Below, in pieces: positions 20,980 to 30,287 of a stretch of DNA of 64,000 bases. Numbering within the stretch: the stretch's first letter is position 1; every line of letters starts with the position of its first letter. Origin of the DNA: a virus; the IMG/VR virus record IMGVR_UViG_3300013006_000020, positions 32,001 through 96,000 of that record; one strand, given 5' to 3'. The notes under the pieces are model-generated. The model did not search any database. It was not told the DNA's origin and saw nothing but the letters and a program-made list of their open reading frames with translations. A program made the position numbers and the translations under genes.

Positions 20980-22524
20980 TCAACTGATTTCTGTTAAAGA
21001 CTCTACTGACCAACCATTTCCAGTGCCTCTTATAGTGAACTCATATTTGCCATCCTTTCTAATTTTAGCTTTATGTTTTGCGTAAGCATTTGGAAAAACA
21101 ACAATTCTAATGCTCCCGCTTGAATCCGTGATATTTATCTGACACATTTCCTGCCCAGGATTTTCACCCTTCTTTGTTACAGTAAATGTGGTATCAACAA
21201 TTGATGCTATTACTCGTTTTGTGACGCCCTTGTTATTACGTAGCATTCTGTGGCAATCTTTGCAAGTGAAATCTGATATATCTTTGTACTCGTCCACGGC
21301 GCTGCAAGTCATTGCAATTGATAATAGCTCTTGCTCGCTTGATGCCTTCCAATCAATCATATCTTTGCTGTTTTCATCGATTGCATCAGCTTCAGACTTC
21401 ACAATGGGCTTTCTCTTTTTGGTGCTAATAAGCTCAGAGCATTCAACCATTTTATCTTTTATTAGGGAGATGGAGTTATTTGGGCCATCCTTACTAATAC
21501 CGTCAATTACATGCTTGACTTCTCTTGCTGTAAGTTCGTTCAAAGCACCAATTACATCAAGCATTGTTTTGCGACCAATACCATATATATCGCAAGCACC
21601 ACTTTTAATTAATGATTCAACACCTAGAGAACGCAGCGAGTCCTTTTCCTTATAAGAAAGACACAGAAAATCAGAGAAATATTCGGGCCGTTTGTCCTTG
21701 ATTGTTTCCCAGTCCTTCTCGCCAAATTGCTTAATATGGCTAAGACCAAAAATAATAGCTCTTTTACTATCATGTTGGACTATTTTAAAATCCTTTGATG
21801 ATGAAATGACGGTTGGTGGAAGTATTGTAATACCACACAGCTTAGCCTCATTAATCATATCATGAAGTTCTTCTCTAGATCGCTGTCTCGCCTTTGAGTA
21901 TGTTAGATATGTGCAGTAGAATTCGTATGGGAAATTAGCTTTCATATACGCGGTTCGATAAGACCAAACTGCGTACTTTTTTGCGTGAGCATCATTGAAA
22001 GCATATCGCCCTGCGCTTTCAATCATTGAAAAAAGCTGTTCAGCAAGATCTTTTGACTTACCATTTTTTACGCAACCAGAAACGAACTTCTCACGAAGAT
22101 CATTAATTACTTTGTAGTCTTTTTTACCAATACCTTTACGAAGCTTATCAACAATAACCAATCGGTCAATATATGGCATATCACGCCATGCAATTTCACC
22201 ACCGAACTTCATAAGCTGCTCTTGGTAGATCAAGACGCCACTAGTTGGTTGGAGAATGCGATCAACATCTTCATCTCCAAATTTATGAGCAACATCAAGA
22301 CCATTTTTTACACGAGCATATTTCTCAGTCATTCCCGACTCAAGACATGCTGGACGAATTAAAGCAAGTACCGCACTAAGCTCGTTTATATTCTTCGGCT
22401 TGATTTTAGAAGCCCATTGCTTTCCAAGCTCGCTTTCCAATTGGAAAACACCACCTGTATTGCCAGATTGAATAAGCCTCCACGTTTTGTCGTTCTTAAA
22501 GTTTACTTCTTCTATGTTAAACAT
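20980..22524 (-). CDS. dnaE: DNA polymerase III alpha subunit, C-terminal half (fingers/HhH/OB)
   Basis: GNTGGVFQLES, ALIRPA, LIYQEQLM, LRKGIGKK, YAFNDAHA, FGLSHIK, OB-fold. Confidence 0.92.
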   Translation of the reverse strand: MFNIEEVNFKNDKTWRLIQSGNTGGVFQLESELGKQWASKIKPKNINELSAVLALIRPACLESGMTEKYARVKNGLDVAHKFGDEDVDRILQPTSGVLIYQEQLMKFGGEIAWRDMPYIDRLVIVDKLRKGIGKKDYKVINDLREKFVSGCVKNGKSKDLAEQLFSMIESAGRYAFNDAHAKKYAVWSYRTAYMKANFPYEFYCTYLTYSKARQRSREELHDMINEAKLCGITILPPTVISSSKDFKIVQHDSKRAIIFGLSHIKQFGEKDWETIKDKRPEYFSDFLCLSYKEKDSLRSLGVESLIKSGACDIYGIGRKTMLDVIGALNELTAREVKHVIDGISKDGPNNSISLIKDKMVECSELISTKKRKPIVKSEADAIDENSKDMIDWKASSEQELLSIAMTCSAVDEYKDISDFTCKDCHRMLRNNKGVTKRVIASIVDTTFTVTKKGENPGQEMCQINITDSSGSIRIVVFPNAYAKHKAKIRKDGKYEFTIRGTGNGWSVESLTEIS

Positions 22525-22531
22525 GCGTTTC

Positions 22532-23167
22532 TCAGTTTGCTATCTTGATCTTAGGACGAATTCTAAAGTTCATAAACGACATATATCGCTTAAACATCTC
22601 AGCGGTGATTTTTACATCTTCAAGTGCATCGTGTGTTTCTGCGGTTCTTTTCATACCTAATAGACCGGCATATGTATCCAGCTTATTGTTTTTAAGGTTG
22701 TCTCTACCAAATATAGAAAACATCATTGGTAGCATATCAAGTTTAATATTTGACCACGGACAGTCATTACGGCTAGTAATAATCTTGTACTTTCTCATCC
22801 AGAACTCAATAAACTTATCGTCAAAATTGCAGTTATTATAACCAACAATTATTGGATATTCCCAAGGATTTTCTGACGGGTTAGATATTGCAAGATACTC
22901 TCGAAATTTTCGAAGTGCTGTTTTTGGGTGCATGCCCTCATTTTGAGCCTTAGTCCATAGATCTTGGCCAATCACTTGTATTGCTTTGGCGTCAGCCTTT
23001 TCAGGACTTTGTGGCTGAACGGTAACGCAAAAATCTGGTATAGACTTTGAAATTTCATAATCTGAGTAGTTTAGTGTTACCGCAGCAATCTGAACTATCT
23101 CCGCACCATTTTCATAATCGAGGCCAGTTGTTTCAATATCGTAAACAACGAAGTTCCGCTTGTTCAT
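22532..23167 (-). CDS. dnaQ: DEDDh 3'-5' exonuclease (DnaQ/epsilon-like)
   Basis: VYDIETTG, GYNNCNFD, HDALED. Confidence 0.9.
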   Translation of the reverse strand: MNKRNFVVYDIETTGLDYENGAEIVQIAAVTLNYSDYEISKSIPDFCVTVQPQSPEKADAKAIQVIGQDLWTKAQNEGMHPKTALRKFREYLAISNPSENPWEYPIIVGYNNCNFDDKFIEFWMRKYKIITSRNDCPWSNIKLDMLPMMFSIFGRDNLKNNKLDTYAGLLGMKRTAETHDALEDVKITAEMFKRYMSFMNFRIRPKIKIAN

Positions 23168-23200
23168 ATCTCATTGTAGGATTGGTGTATATTACTATTG
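23168..23200. promoter_or_regulatory. Back-to-back promoters: TACAAT (-) for dnaQ, GTGTAT (+) for island gene
   Basis: TACAAT 23178-23173 (-), 5 nt before ATG 23167; GTGTATATT from 23185 (+), 16 nt before ATG 23201. Confidence 0.55.
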
Positions 23201-23896
23201 ATGGATCATCGCGCTAAAGTTATTAAAAAACATTTAAACGCTGTCGCAAAACAAGTTGTTGTTCCTCCACAACCTACGCGATTCGATGAGCCTAATCTGC
23301 CACTCGATACAACTCCAGGCCCTTGGTATGATCCTACGCCATCACGTTGGCAATTTTCAATGCTAGATCTGTTGCGAGCGTTTTATAATGGGGTTGACTC
23401 TTTAAGAGCATACATTCAAAAGTGGCTTATAAGCCTTGGTTTAACACCAAGCCTTGCTAGAATATTAACAATAAATCTTACTCTAACAAGCGAAACAATA
23501 TATACTATTGCTAATTGGATTTTAAGACCAGGAAGCGTAAATTTACCACGTGATCTTTTTCAAAACTTACTTAGGGAGCTTTTGTGGCAATTGCTTCCCG
23601 CTAATGTTGTAACCTCCATAGACAGCGATGTATGGGATACTTTTTATTATTTTGAAAACAGAGGCGTGTTTTTCTTTGGTGAAATTGCTGCAGCTATCAA
23701 CAGGGGTTGGACATTACAACAAATAATAAGCTGGTTAAAATTTTCAATTGAAAGAATGATGAATGATAGCGATTGGACTTTTTATTGGCCAGAAACAGTA
23801 GAAGAGGCGCAAGAGTTTATAGATTCTTACGGGGAAAATAATGATACAAACGGACCTGGTGATCTAGTGAATCCAGAACAGCCACCAGTTCCATAA
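23201..23896 (+). CDS. Hypothetical protein with leader + PQPTRF motif
   Basis: Trp-rich helical body; leader MDHRAKVIKKHLNAVA. Confidence 0.65.
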   Translation: MDHRAKVIKKHLNAVAKQVVVPPQPTRFDEPNLPLDTTPGPWYDPTPSRWQFSMLDLLRAFYNGVDSLRAYIQKWLISLGLTPSLARILTINLTLTSETIYTIANWILRPGSVNLPRDLFQNLLRELLWQLLPANVVTSIDSDVWDTFYYFENRGVFFFGEIAAAINRGWTLQQIISWLKFSIERMMNDSDWTFYWPETVEEAQEFIDSYGENNDTNGPGDLVNPEQPPVP

Positions 23897-23909
23897 TCAG
23901 GATATTAAA

Positions 23910-24482
23910 ATGAATAAATTTGAGCAAATATTACGCAAAAACATTCAGGCCGTTACCTTAGATACAGTTCAAAGACAAACAGATCAGGTTGAGAGATTTC
24001 CTGCTGATAAATTTCCATGCAACGTTCCAGGTACTGCAGTTCTAGATGTAAACGCTGTATGTACAGCTGTTAATCAATTAAGTTCAACTGCTGGTAATCC
24101 AGGAAATAATAAGTGCGCCAAGTTAATTAAAAAATATAACACTACGGCGTGCATTGACAGGGACTATATAAAAGCAGATACAGTCATACGTAAATGTGAT
24201 GATTACGTTAACTCCGTGGTCTCCGCGCTGTCTAACAATGCTACAGATGCAAAAAGAGCAGAAGCTAGAAGAAAAGCAAAATGCGATTGTCTAAATTTTG
24301 CCATATACGGAAGACCAGTATTAACTTCTGTTACCTTCCCAGCTGGAGTTATGAATAAGCAAATTGCGGATTTTGATAATGCGTATTGCTCTTATACATA
24401 TCTTGCAAGAGTCTGCGATGAAAGAAGGAAAGTTTCAGATGCCTTAAATGCTATTAGTCCCGTTTGTCGCTTCCCTCTATAA
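23910..24482 (+). CDS. Cys-rich hypothetical protein with leader
   Basis: 190 aa, about 10 Cys; leader MNKFEQILRKNIQA. Confidence 0.65.
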   Translation: MNKFEQILRKNIQAVTLDTVQRQTDQVERFPADKFPCNVPGTAVLDVNAVCTAVNQLSSTAGNPGNNKCAKLIKKYNTTACIDRDYIKADTVIRKCDDYVNSVVSALSNNATDAKRAEARRKAKCDCLNFAIYGRPVLTSVTFPAGVMNKQIADFDNAYCSYTYLARVCDERRKVSDALNAISPVCRFPL

Positions 24483-25098
24483 TTGATTCTAGTTCCCGTG
24501 GAACTTTGTGAAACCGTCCTTTAAGGGATGGTTTTACTTTATTCATTACAGAGCGTCTTTTTTCTAGCGTATCGCCCATCCATTTTCCAGTCTTGCACAA
24601 AACCCAATACTTATATAAAGTGATTGCTGCACCTCGCTTGTATTGCTCCACATTTATTGGAAGTCTAAATTTTTTGATGGTTTTTACAGCGCGCCTTTCG
24701 CAGTCCAGCTCACAAGCTATTGTTTTTTTGGTATATACATTACGTAGTCGTTTGTTGTAATCAGCCTGCCCATTTTCTAAAAGGCTTAATTTATATGTTG
24801 CGTCTTCACCATTACGCAAAAATGTATTGGTATAAGCTGGACAACTCTCTATCCATTGAAGCATATGGCAATACTCATGAACTAAAAAACCAAGCCATTC
24901 ACTAATAGGTCTTTCGCCCCGTGCCACAACTATTGTTTTTTTATTAGAAGATTCAAGAAAATAACCACAGCAAAGTGTGTTTCCTGCTGGCTCTCTTACA
25001 TGTTTAGTATTTTTAATTTTAATTTTGACGCCGTGTTCTTTGGCGACCTTACGGACATGAGCAATAAAGGCATCTACCCTAGTTCCGTAGCTCTTCAT
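24454..25098 (-). CDS. HEXXH zinc metallopeptidase-like protein
   Basis: LVHEYCH plus downstream CELDCERRA. Confidence 0.65.
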   Translation of the reverse strand: MKSYGTRVDAFIAHVRKVAKEHGVKIKIKNTKHVREPAGNTLCCGYFLESSNKKTIVVARGERPISEWLGFLVHEYCHMLQWIESCPAYTNTFLRNGEDATYKLSLLENGQADYNKRLRNVYTKKTIACELDCERRAVKTIKKFRLPINVEQYKRGAAITLYKYWVLCKTGKWMGDTLEKRRSVMNKVKPSLKGRFHKVPRELESIIEGSDKRD

Positions 25099-25172
25099 AT
25101 CCTATAATACACTTAGAAGGATCTTGTTGATCTTTAAAGTGCTTAAATCCCATTTCGTGTATATTTAATGTA
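25099..25172. promoter_or_regulatory. Divergent pair of GTGTAT motifs
   Basis: GTGTATTAT from 25112 (-), 14 nt before ATG 25098; GTGTATATT from 25157 (+), 16 nt before ATG 25173. Confidence 0.6.
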
Positions 25173-27026
25173 ATGGCAAGAATAAAGACAAAAAACTCCA
25201 CAACTTCTACATCCGTACCAGCCAGCGGTTCTTTGCTACGGGGAGAGATTGCGGTAAACATAACAGACAAAAAACTTTTTGTTGGTGACGCATCAGGAAA
25301 TCCAGTAGAAATCACAAACCAGGGCGTTACCGCTGTATACGGCTCAACAAGCGGTATTTACGTTACGCAAGCAACTGGATCGACAGTAATAGGTCTTGAT
25401 CCGGACATTTACGTTAGTGGAGTTTTGCAAGTTAGCGGTGTTATTTCCACAACCGGAACCGCTGGTAGTTTGTTTAACGATACAGCTCTGAGTGTAAATA
25501 TTGGCGGTGGCGCAAGCGGTGTACAGATTGGTCACCCGACCGGAACCGTGGTGATGGGAAACATCGCGGTGAACAGCGGAACCATTTCAACAACCGCGTT
25601 AGCCGGTGATATATTTAACGCTACAGCGGCAAGAATAAACATTGGCGCTGGTGCAAGCGGTGTTCTTATAGGTCACGCCACGGGTGTGGTCACAGTTGGC
25701 GACCTTGCTGTAAATTACGGAACCATTTCAACAACCGCCACTGGTGTCAGTATATTTGACGCGACTGCGCTTCGTGTAAACATAGGCGGTGGCGCAAGCG
25801 GTGTACAGATAGGTCATCCAACTGGAACCGTTGTGATGGGCAACATCGCGGTGAACAGCGGAACCATTTCAACAACTGCGTTAGCCGGCGATATATTTAA
25901 CGCTACAGCAGCACGAATAAACATTGGCGCTGCAGCAAGCGGTGTTAAAATAGGAAACGCGACCGGCGTAGTGGTTGTTGGTGACATTGCCGTTAACAAC
26001 GGAGCGATCACTACAACTGCTGCTACAGCAACACTGTTTAATGCTACAGCTTCTCGTGTAAACATTGGCGCTGGTGCAAGCGGGGTTCTTATAGGTCACG
26101 CTACTGGTGTCGTTACTGTTGGTGATATTGCTGTCAACGACGGAACCATTTCTACAACTGCCGCAACAGCCACACTTTTTGACGCAACAGCCACCACCAT
26201 AACAATTGGCAGCGCTGCTACAACAACAAACATAGCAGCTATTACCGGTAGTCAAACCATCAATATTGGTGCTGGAAATACTGCGGTTTTTACCACCAAA
26301 ACCATAAACATTGGCACAAATGGAGCGGCTGGAAGTATTTCTAACGTAAACATTGGAAATACGGTCGCGGGAGGAACTGTTACAATAAACGGCACATTAG
26401 CTGTGAACAGTGGAACTCTCACAACAGCTAATTCCACAGGCTTCATATTTAACGCAGGCACTTCTCGCGTAAACATTGGTGGCGCAGCAAGTGGTGTAAT
26501 GATTGGTAACGCTACTGGTGTCGTGACAGTTGGTGATATTGCCGTTAACAACGGAGCAATTACTACGACAGCAGCCACCGCAACACTATTCAATGCTACG
26601 GCTTCTCGCGTAAACATTGGCGCTGGCGCTAGTGGTGTGCAAATTGGACATCCAACTGGAACAGTTGTGATGGGAAACATTAGTGCTACTGGACATGTTT
26701 CTGCGGCAAGTGGATATAGAATTGCATCAGCGGCAATCAATGCACAAACAGCAACTGGTTATACGCTAGTTTCTACAGATAATGGTAAAATAATAACCTT
26801 TGATAGCGCCGCCACGCACACGCTAAGAATACCAACTGGTCTGGATATTGGATTTAATGCCACAATAATTCAACTTGGAACTGGACAAGTTACCTGTACT
26901 GGTTTAGCTGGAGCAACAGTCAACTGCTACGCATCTGGAAACAAAATACTAGGACAGCACGGATCTGCAAGCGTACTATGCTATGCTAGCAATGTCTATA
27001 ATTTAGCAGGAACACTCGGAATATGA
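25173..27026 (+). CDS. Tail fibre protein with 47-aa tandem repeats
   Basis: N-term VPASGSLLRGEIAVNITDKKLFVGD; C-term YTLVSTDNGKII...IPTGL..GF...IIQLGTGQVT fibre domain. Confidence 0.8.
   Translation: MARIKTKNSTTSTSVPASGSLLRGEIAVNITDKKLFVGDASGNPVEITNQGVTAVYGSTSGIYVTQATGSTVIGLDPDIYVSGVLQVSGVISTTGTAGSLFNDTALSVNIGGGASGVQIGHPTGTVVMGNIAVNSGTISTTALAGDIFNATAARINIGAGASGVLIGHATGVVTVGDLAVNYGTISTTATGVSIFDATALRVNIGGGASGVQIGHPTGTVVMGNIAVNSGTISTTALAGDIFNATAARINIGAAASGVKIGNATGVVVVGDIAVNNGAITTTAATATLFNATASRVNIGAGASGVLIGHATGVVTVGDIAVNDGTISTTAATATLFDATATTITIGSAATTTNIAAITGSQTINIGAGNTAVFTTKTINIGTNGAAGSISNVNIGNTVAGGTVTINGTLAVNSGTLTTANSTGFIFNAGTSRVNIGGAASGVMIGNATGVVTVGDIAVNNGAITTTAATATLFNATASRVNIGAGASGVQIGHPTGTVVMGNISATGHVSAASGYRIASAAINAQTATGYTLVSTDNGKIITFDSAATHTLRIPTGLDIGFNATIIQLGTGQVTCTGLAGATVNCYASGNKILGQHGSASVLCYASNVYNLAGTLGI
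25437..26690 (+). repeat. About 8 copies of a 141-bp (47-aa) intragenic repeat; copy 6 expanded
   Basis: ggaaccatttcaacaac at 25578, 25719 and 25860 (141-nt period). Confidence 0.85.
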
Positions 27027-27931
27027 TTGTAATACCAAGCGCAAAGCCACGATTAACATATAATCCAAGAGCAGAAATAGCAGAGTTTGGCACAAAGAGA
27101 TCATCTGGTACATTTGGAGCACTTGGTTCATTTCAAGTAGGCTCTTATACTGGATGGTTTAAGGTTAATTGGTGGGATGGAACATCCACTCTTTATAATC
27201 CTGGCATTGGTGTCTCAAGCGCATCAAAGGCTATTTCTGCGCCATATGATACAACAGCTGAAAAAAGATTTTCAATTATACCAACAAACTCATCTGGTGT
27301 TCAGATTGGCCAATTAAGCAATATTGCTTTTGGCAACAGCAGTCTTTCTCCAATAAGTTATGTTGATGTTCTTGGTTTATCTAAACTTGAGAATTTCGCT
27401 TGTGATCCAGGAACTAATTTAACGTCGTACACACACAATGGAAGAATAAAATATTTAACTCTTAGTAATATTTCACTTACATCTATTTCAATTCCACCTG
27501 GAAGCTTAACTCAGAGGATTACAATAGTTGGCAGTACAACCTTTACTACTTTAAACGGCCTAGATAATGTAAAAAACACATTACAAGAATTTGAATTGTC
27601 AACCTGTACATCGTTTACATCTGCTATAGATCTTTCCAACTTCTTAGCGTTATACCACATTGATATTAAGAGCAGTGCAATAACTTCGATTAGAGCGCAA
27701 AACTGCGCGCTAAATCTTGTATACTATTCTGACTATAATAATTTTTCTGGAGGTGCCGAATTTGATGGCTCAAATTTAGATAGAACGGCAATAGTTCAAT
27801 TTTTTAATGATCTTGCAAACGGAAATGGCTATCTTGATGTTTCTGGTACGATAGGCGCAGCATCTTTAACCGCATCTGACATTTTGATTGCAACTAATAA
27901 GGGGTACACAGTACTTAACATCCCAAGCTAA
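27023..27931 (+). CDS. LRR-like/beta-rich fibre-associated protein
   Basis: VNWWDG, LRR-like IDLSNFLALYHIDI..SAITSI, C-term IATNKGYTV. Confidence 0.5.
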   Translation: MIVIPSAKPRLTYNPRAEIAEFGTKRSSGTFGALGSFQVGSYTGWFKVNWWDGTSTLYNPGIGVSSASKAISAPYDTTAEKRFSIIPTNSSGVQIGQLSNIAFGNSSLSPISYVDVLGLSKLENFACDPGTNLTSYTHNGRIKYLTLSNISLTSISIPPGSLTQRITIVGSTTFTTLNGLDNVKNTLQEFELSTCTSFTSAIDLSNFLALYHIDIKSSAITSIRAQNCALNLVYYSDYNNFSGGAEFDGSNLDRTAIVQFFNDLANGNGYLDVSGTIGAASLTASDILIATNKGYTVLNIPS

Positions 27932-28575
27932 TGTCTTATTTTATAACACCAAACTATAGCGTCGCATTTATACCAAAATCTGGTTGTTCAACGATTTCTC
28001 GTGCTGTAATTAAAGCTTTTCAAACAGATGAAGAGTTGCTTATAACAACTGCTTCGTATCCTGTTGGTAAAAATGCAGATAACTCAATGTGGCAAGGTTT
28101 TGTGAAAAGAGAAAAATATCCATCAAAATCAATACTTGCAATGATAAGAAATCCAATAGAAAGATTTCGATCAGCAATAGCCCAATTTCATGCCGTTGAT
28201 GTTAACGCGGTAATTGATTCATTAATTAATGGATCAAAATTTGTATCTGGAACAGCGAGAGCAAGGGAAATAAATGCAAGCACTAATGCACATTTTAAAC
28301 CTCAAATACTATGGGTTGATGCAAACACTAAATTATATAAATTCCCAGATCATATAAATGAGGCGGCTGTTGAAATAGGCTTTACCTTACCGCTTCCACA
28401 AATTAACGTCGCTAGTTTTACAAAGCCAACGCTTGACGAGCAGCAAACGGCAATACTAGAGTCTTACTACGCAGAGGATATAGTCCTGTTTAATTCTATC
28501 ACATCGCCTGGCATAATTAGTGGAGTTATTTCTGCAAATCCACCAAACTTAACTCCACCAAGCGGTGAAGAGTAA
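27931..28575 (+). CDS. Sulfotransferase family 2-like protein
   Basis: FIPKSGCSTI (5'-PSB), IRNPIERFRSA (3'-PB), HFKPQ, YYAEDIVLF. Confidence 0.75.
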   Translation: MSYFITPNYSVAFIPKSGCSTISRAVIKAFQTDEELLITTASYPVGKNADNSMWQGFVKREKYPSKSILAMIRNPIERFRSAIAQFHAVDVNAVIDSLINGSKFVSGTARAREINASTNAHFKPQILWVDANTKLYKFPDHINEAAVEIGFTLPLPQINVASFTKPTLDEQQTAILESYYAEDIVLFNSITSPGIISGVISANPPNLTPPSGEE

Positions 28576-28577
28576 TT

Positions 28578-28591
28578 GTGTATATTAAACT
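28578..28591 (+). promoter_or_regulatory. GTGTAT promoter-like motif
   Basis: GTGTATATTAAACT, 14 nt before ATG 28592. Confidence 0.6.
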
Positions 28592-28873
28592 ATGAAAGCA
28601 AATAGCCATAAAGTAAAGAGGGCGCTTCGTGCCTTGCAGATAGCAATGGGTATGGAGGTGACTTCATACAAAGGAATTAATGTTGGAGACAGAGTTAAGG
28701 ACATTAATCAACAATGCATGCACTTTGGAAGTATTGGTGTAGTTACAGAGATTGAGCCGCTTCCAAACAATAGTGGTTATCTTATTCATTATACGGTTGA
28801 GAATGATGGGCCTTCTTATAGCCCAGGCACAGTACTAACAAAAACAGAAGATCAATTGGAGAAAATATCATGA
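28592..28873 (+). CDS. SH3/KOW-like small protein with leader
   Basis: VGDRVKDIN..C.HFGSIGVVTEI; paralog of next gene. Confidence 0.6.
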   Translation: MKANSHKVKRALRALQIAMGMEVTSYKGINVGDRVKDINQQCMHFGSIGVVTEIEPLPNNSGYLIHYTVENDGPSYSPGTVLTKTEDQLEKIS

Positions 28874-29115
28874 GCGAAGAAGAAAACGAATACTCTTACA
28901 CACCACCACAGCAGCCACAGCAGCCACAAGTGGCTAGCATTTCCGAGGGCGATATAGTTAGCTGCGGAAACAAGGACTCAGTTAACTTCGGCGTTTGGGG
29001 CGAGGTTTTAGAAATTAACTCTGGGATTGCAACGATTAAAATAATGAATCCTGAGTTTCCACGCAACACTGGATGGAATATAGCGGAAAGTGTTGAGAGT
29101 CTGGAGAAGTTATGA
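28870..29115 (+). CDS. SH3/KOW-like small protein
   Basis: EGDIVSCGN....FGVWGEVLEI; C-term LEKL matches LEKIS of previous gene. Confidence 0.55.
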   Translation: MSEEENEYSYTPPQQPQQPQVASISEGDIVSCGNKDSVNFGVWGEVLEINSGIATIKIMNPEFPRNTGWNIAESVESLEKL

Positions 29116-29492
29116 CCGAATCTGAACTTGACGTAATTTTTGCAGCTGAGCAAACGCAAGCCGTTGAGTATCAGGGCAAGAAAGTTACCCTTAACCAACC
29201 AAGGCGAATAGGCAAGGGTGATCCAGGTTACGGCAAGAAGAAGTTTTATGTTTATGTAAAGAATGATCGCGGCAATGTTGTTCGCGTGATGTTTGGTGAT
29301 CCTAATATGGAAATCCGTCGTGACGATCCACAAAGACGAAAAAACTACAGATCTCGTCACGGATGCAGTAATCCAGGACCAAAGTGGAAAGCAAACTATT
29401 GGTCATGTAGGATGTGGGAAGCTAAAAAATCCGTTACTGATTATACTAGTAGCGGATTAATTAAGGCTTTTATACGTGCAATAAATTCTTGA
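29112..29492 (+). CDS. Conserved basic viral hypothetical protein
   Basis: KKFYVYV...V.FGDPNM...RRKNYRSRHGC...ANYWSC signature. Confidence 0.7.
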   Translation: MTESELDVIFAAEQTQAVEYQGKKVTLNQPRRIGKGDPGYGKKKFYVYVKNDRGNVVRVMFGDPNMEIRRDDPQRRKNYRSRHGCSNPGPKWKANYWSCRMWEAKKSVTDYTSSGLIKAFIRAINS

Positions 29493-30287
29493 TTACACAG
29501 TGTTATCAGGTGGTTGATTGTTGCCTTGGTTTTGTTGCAACCAAATACCTAGAGCAATTATTGTTGCCGCGACTGTACCAACTGCAATACCAGCTGGTAA
29601 ACCCAAGCCTGTTAAATCTAGAACAAATGATCCAGCGGCTAAAGCTACGCCAAGAGCAATTATGGCTGCTACGGTTAGACCTAGACCAGCCAACCAATTA
29701 GCAAGTTGTTCGTTGCCACCGTTTGCCAACACATACATTCTAATAGCAGCATTTTGAGCGCCTGTTCGAAGATAGATGGCGGCTATTGCAATAAGACCTT
29801 CCTCGGTTTTATCCTTTAATCTTTCTAAAACTTCATCGGGTGTAAGCCCTAAGCCGTCAGCCGCAACCCCTATTCTGATTTTCACTTCATTAAGAGATAA
29901 AAACTCTGCCCTGCACTCATCGTCTAATTTATCGATTACGTCTTTTAGAATTGAAAATAACTCAACGGCATCCATCCCAGGTTCAGGCTTAGAATTTTTT
30001 ATTCTTCTTATTAATATATCTAAAGCCTTTTTTGCACAAGCACCTGTACCAGACTGATTTTCTTTATATAATTGGTATAATTTACGTAACAGGGGAATTA
30101 AAAGCAAGCCAAGTGTTGGTAATAAGACTGTAACCCACGTGTAATCTTTAGGTTCTTCTTGTCTTATTGAGTCATCAGATTCTAGAGGTCCAATGCCCTC
30201 AAATGTATTTGGCGCTATAACTGTATCGCCTTTACGTGCGGCGATCTTGGCAATGTAGTTGAATAGACGAATGTCGTTTTCTCTCAT
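29493..30287 (-). CDS. Membrane protein with leader, one TM and long C-terminal hydrophobic hairpin
   Basis: WVTVLLPTLGLLLIPLL; about 55-aa Ala/Gly/Leu-rich C-terminal segment. Confidence 0.65.
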   Translation of the reverse strand: MRENDIRLFNYIAKIAARKGDTVIAPNTFEGIGPLESDDSIRQEEPKDYTWVTVLLPTLGLLLIPLLRKLYQLYKENQSGTGACAKKALDILIRRIKNSKPEPGMDAVELFSILKDVIDKLDDECRAEFLSLNEVKIRIGVAADGLGLTPDEVLERLKDKTEEGLIAIAAIYLRTGAQNAAIRMYVLANGGNEQLANWLAGLGLTVAAIIALGVALAAGSFVLDLTGLGLPAGIAVGTVAATIIALGIWLQQNQGNNQPPDNTV

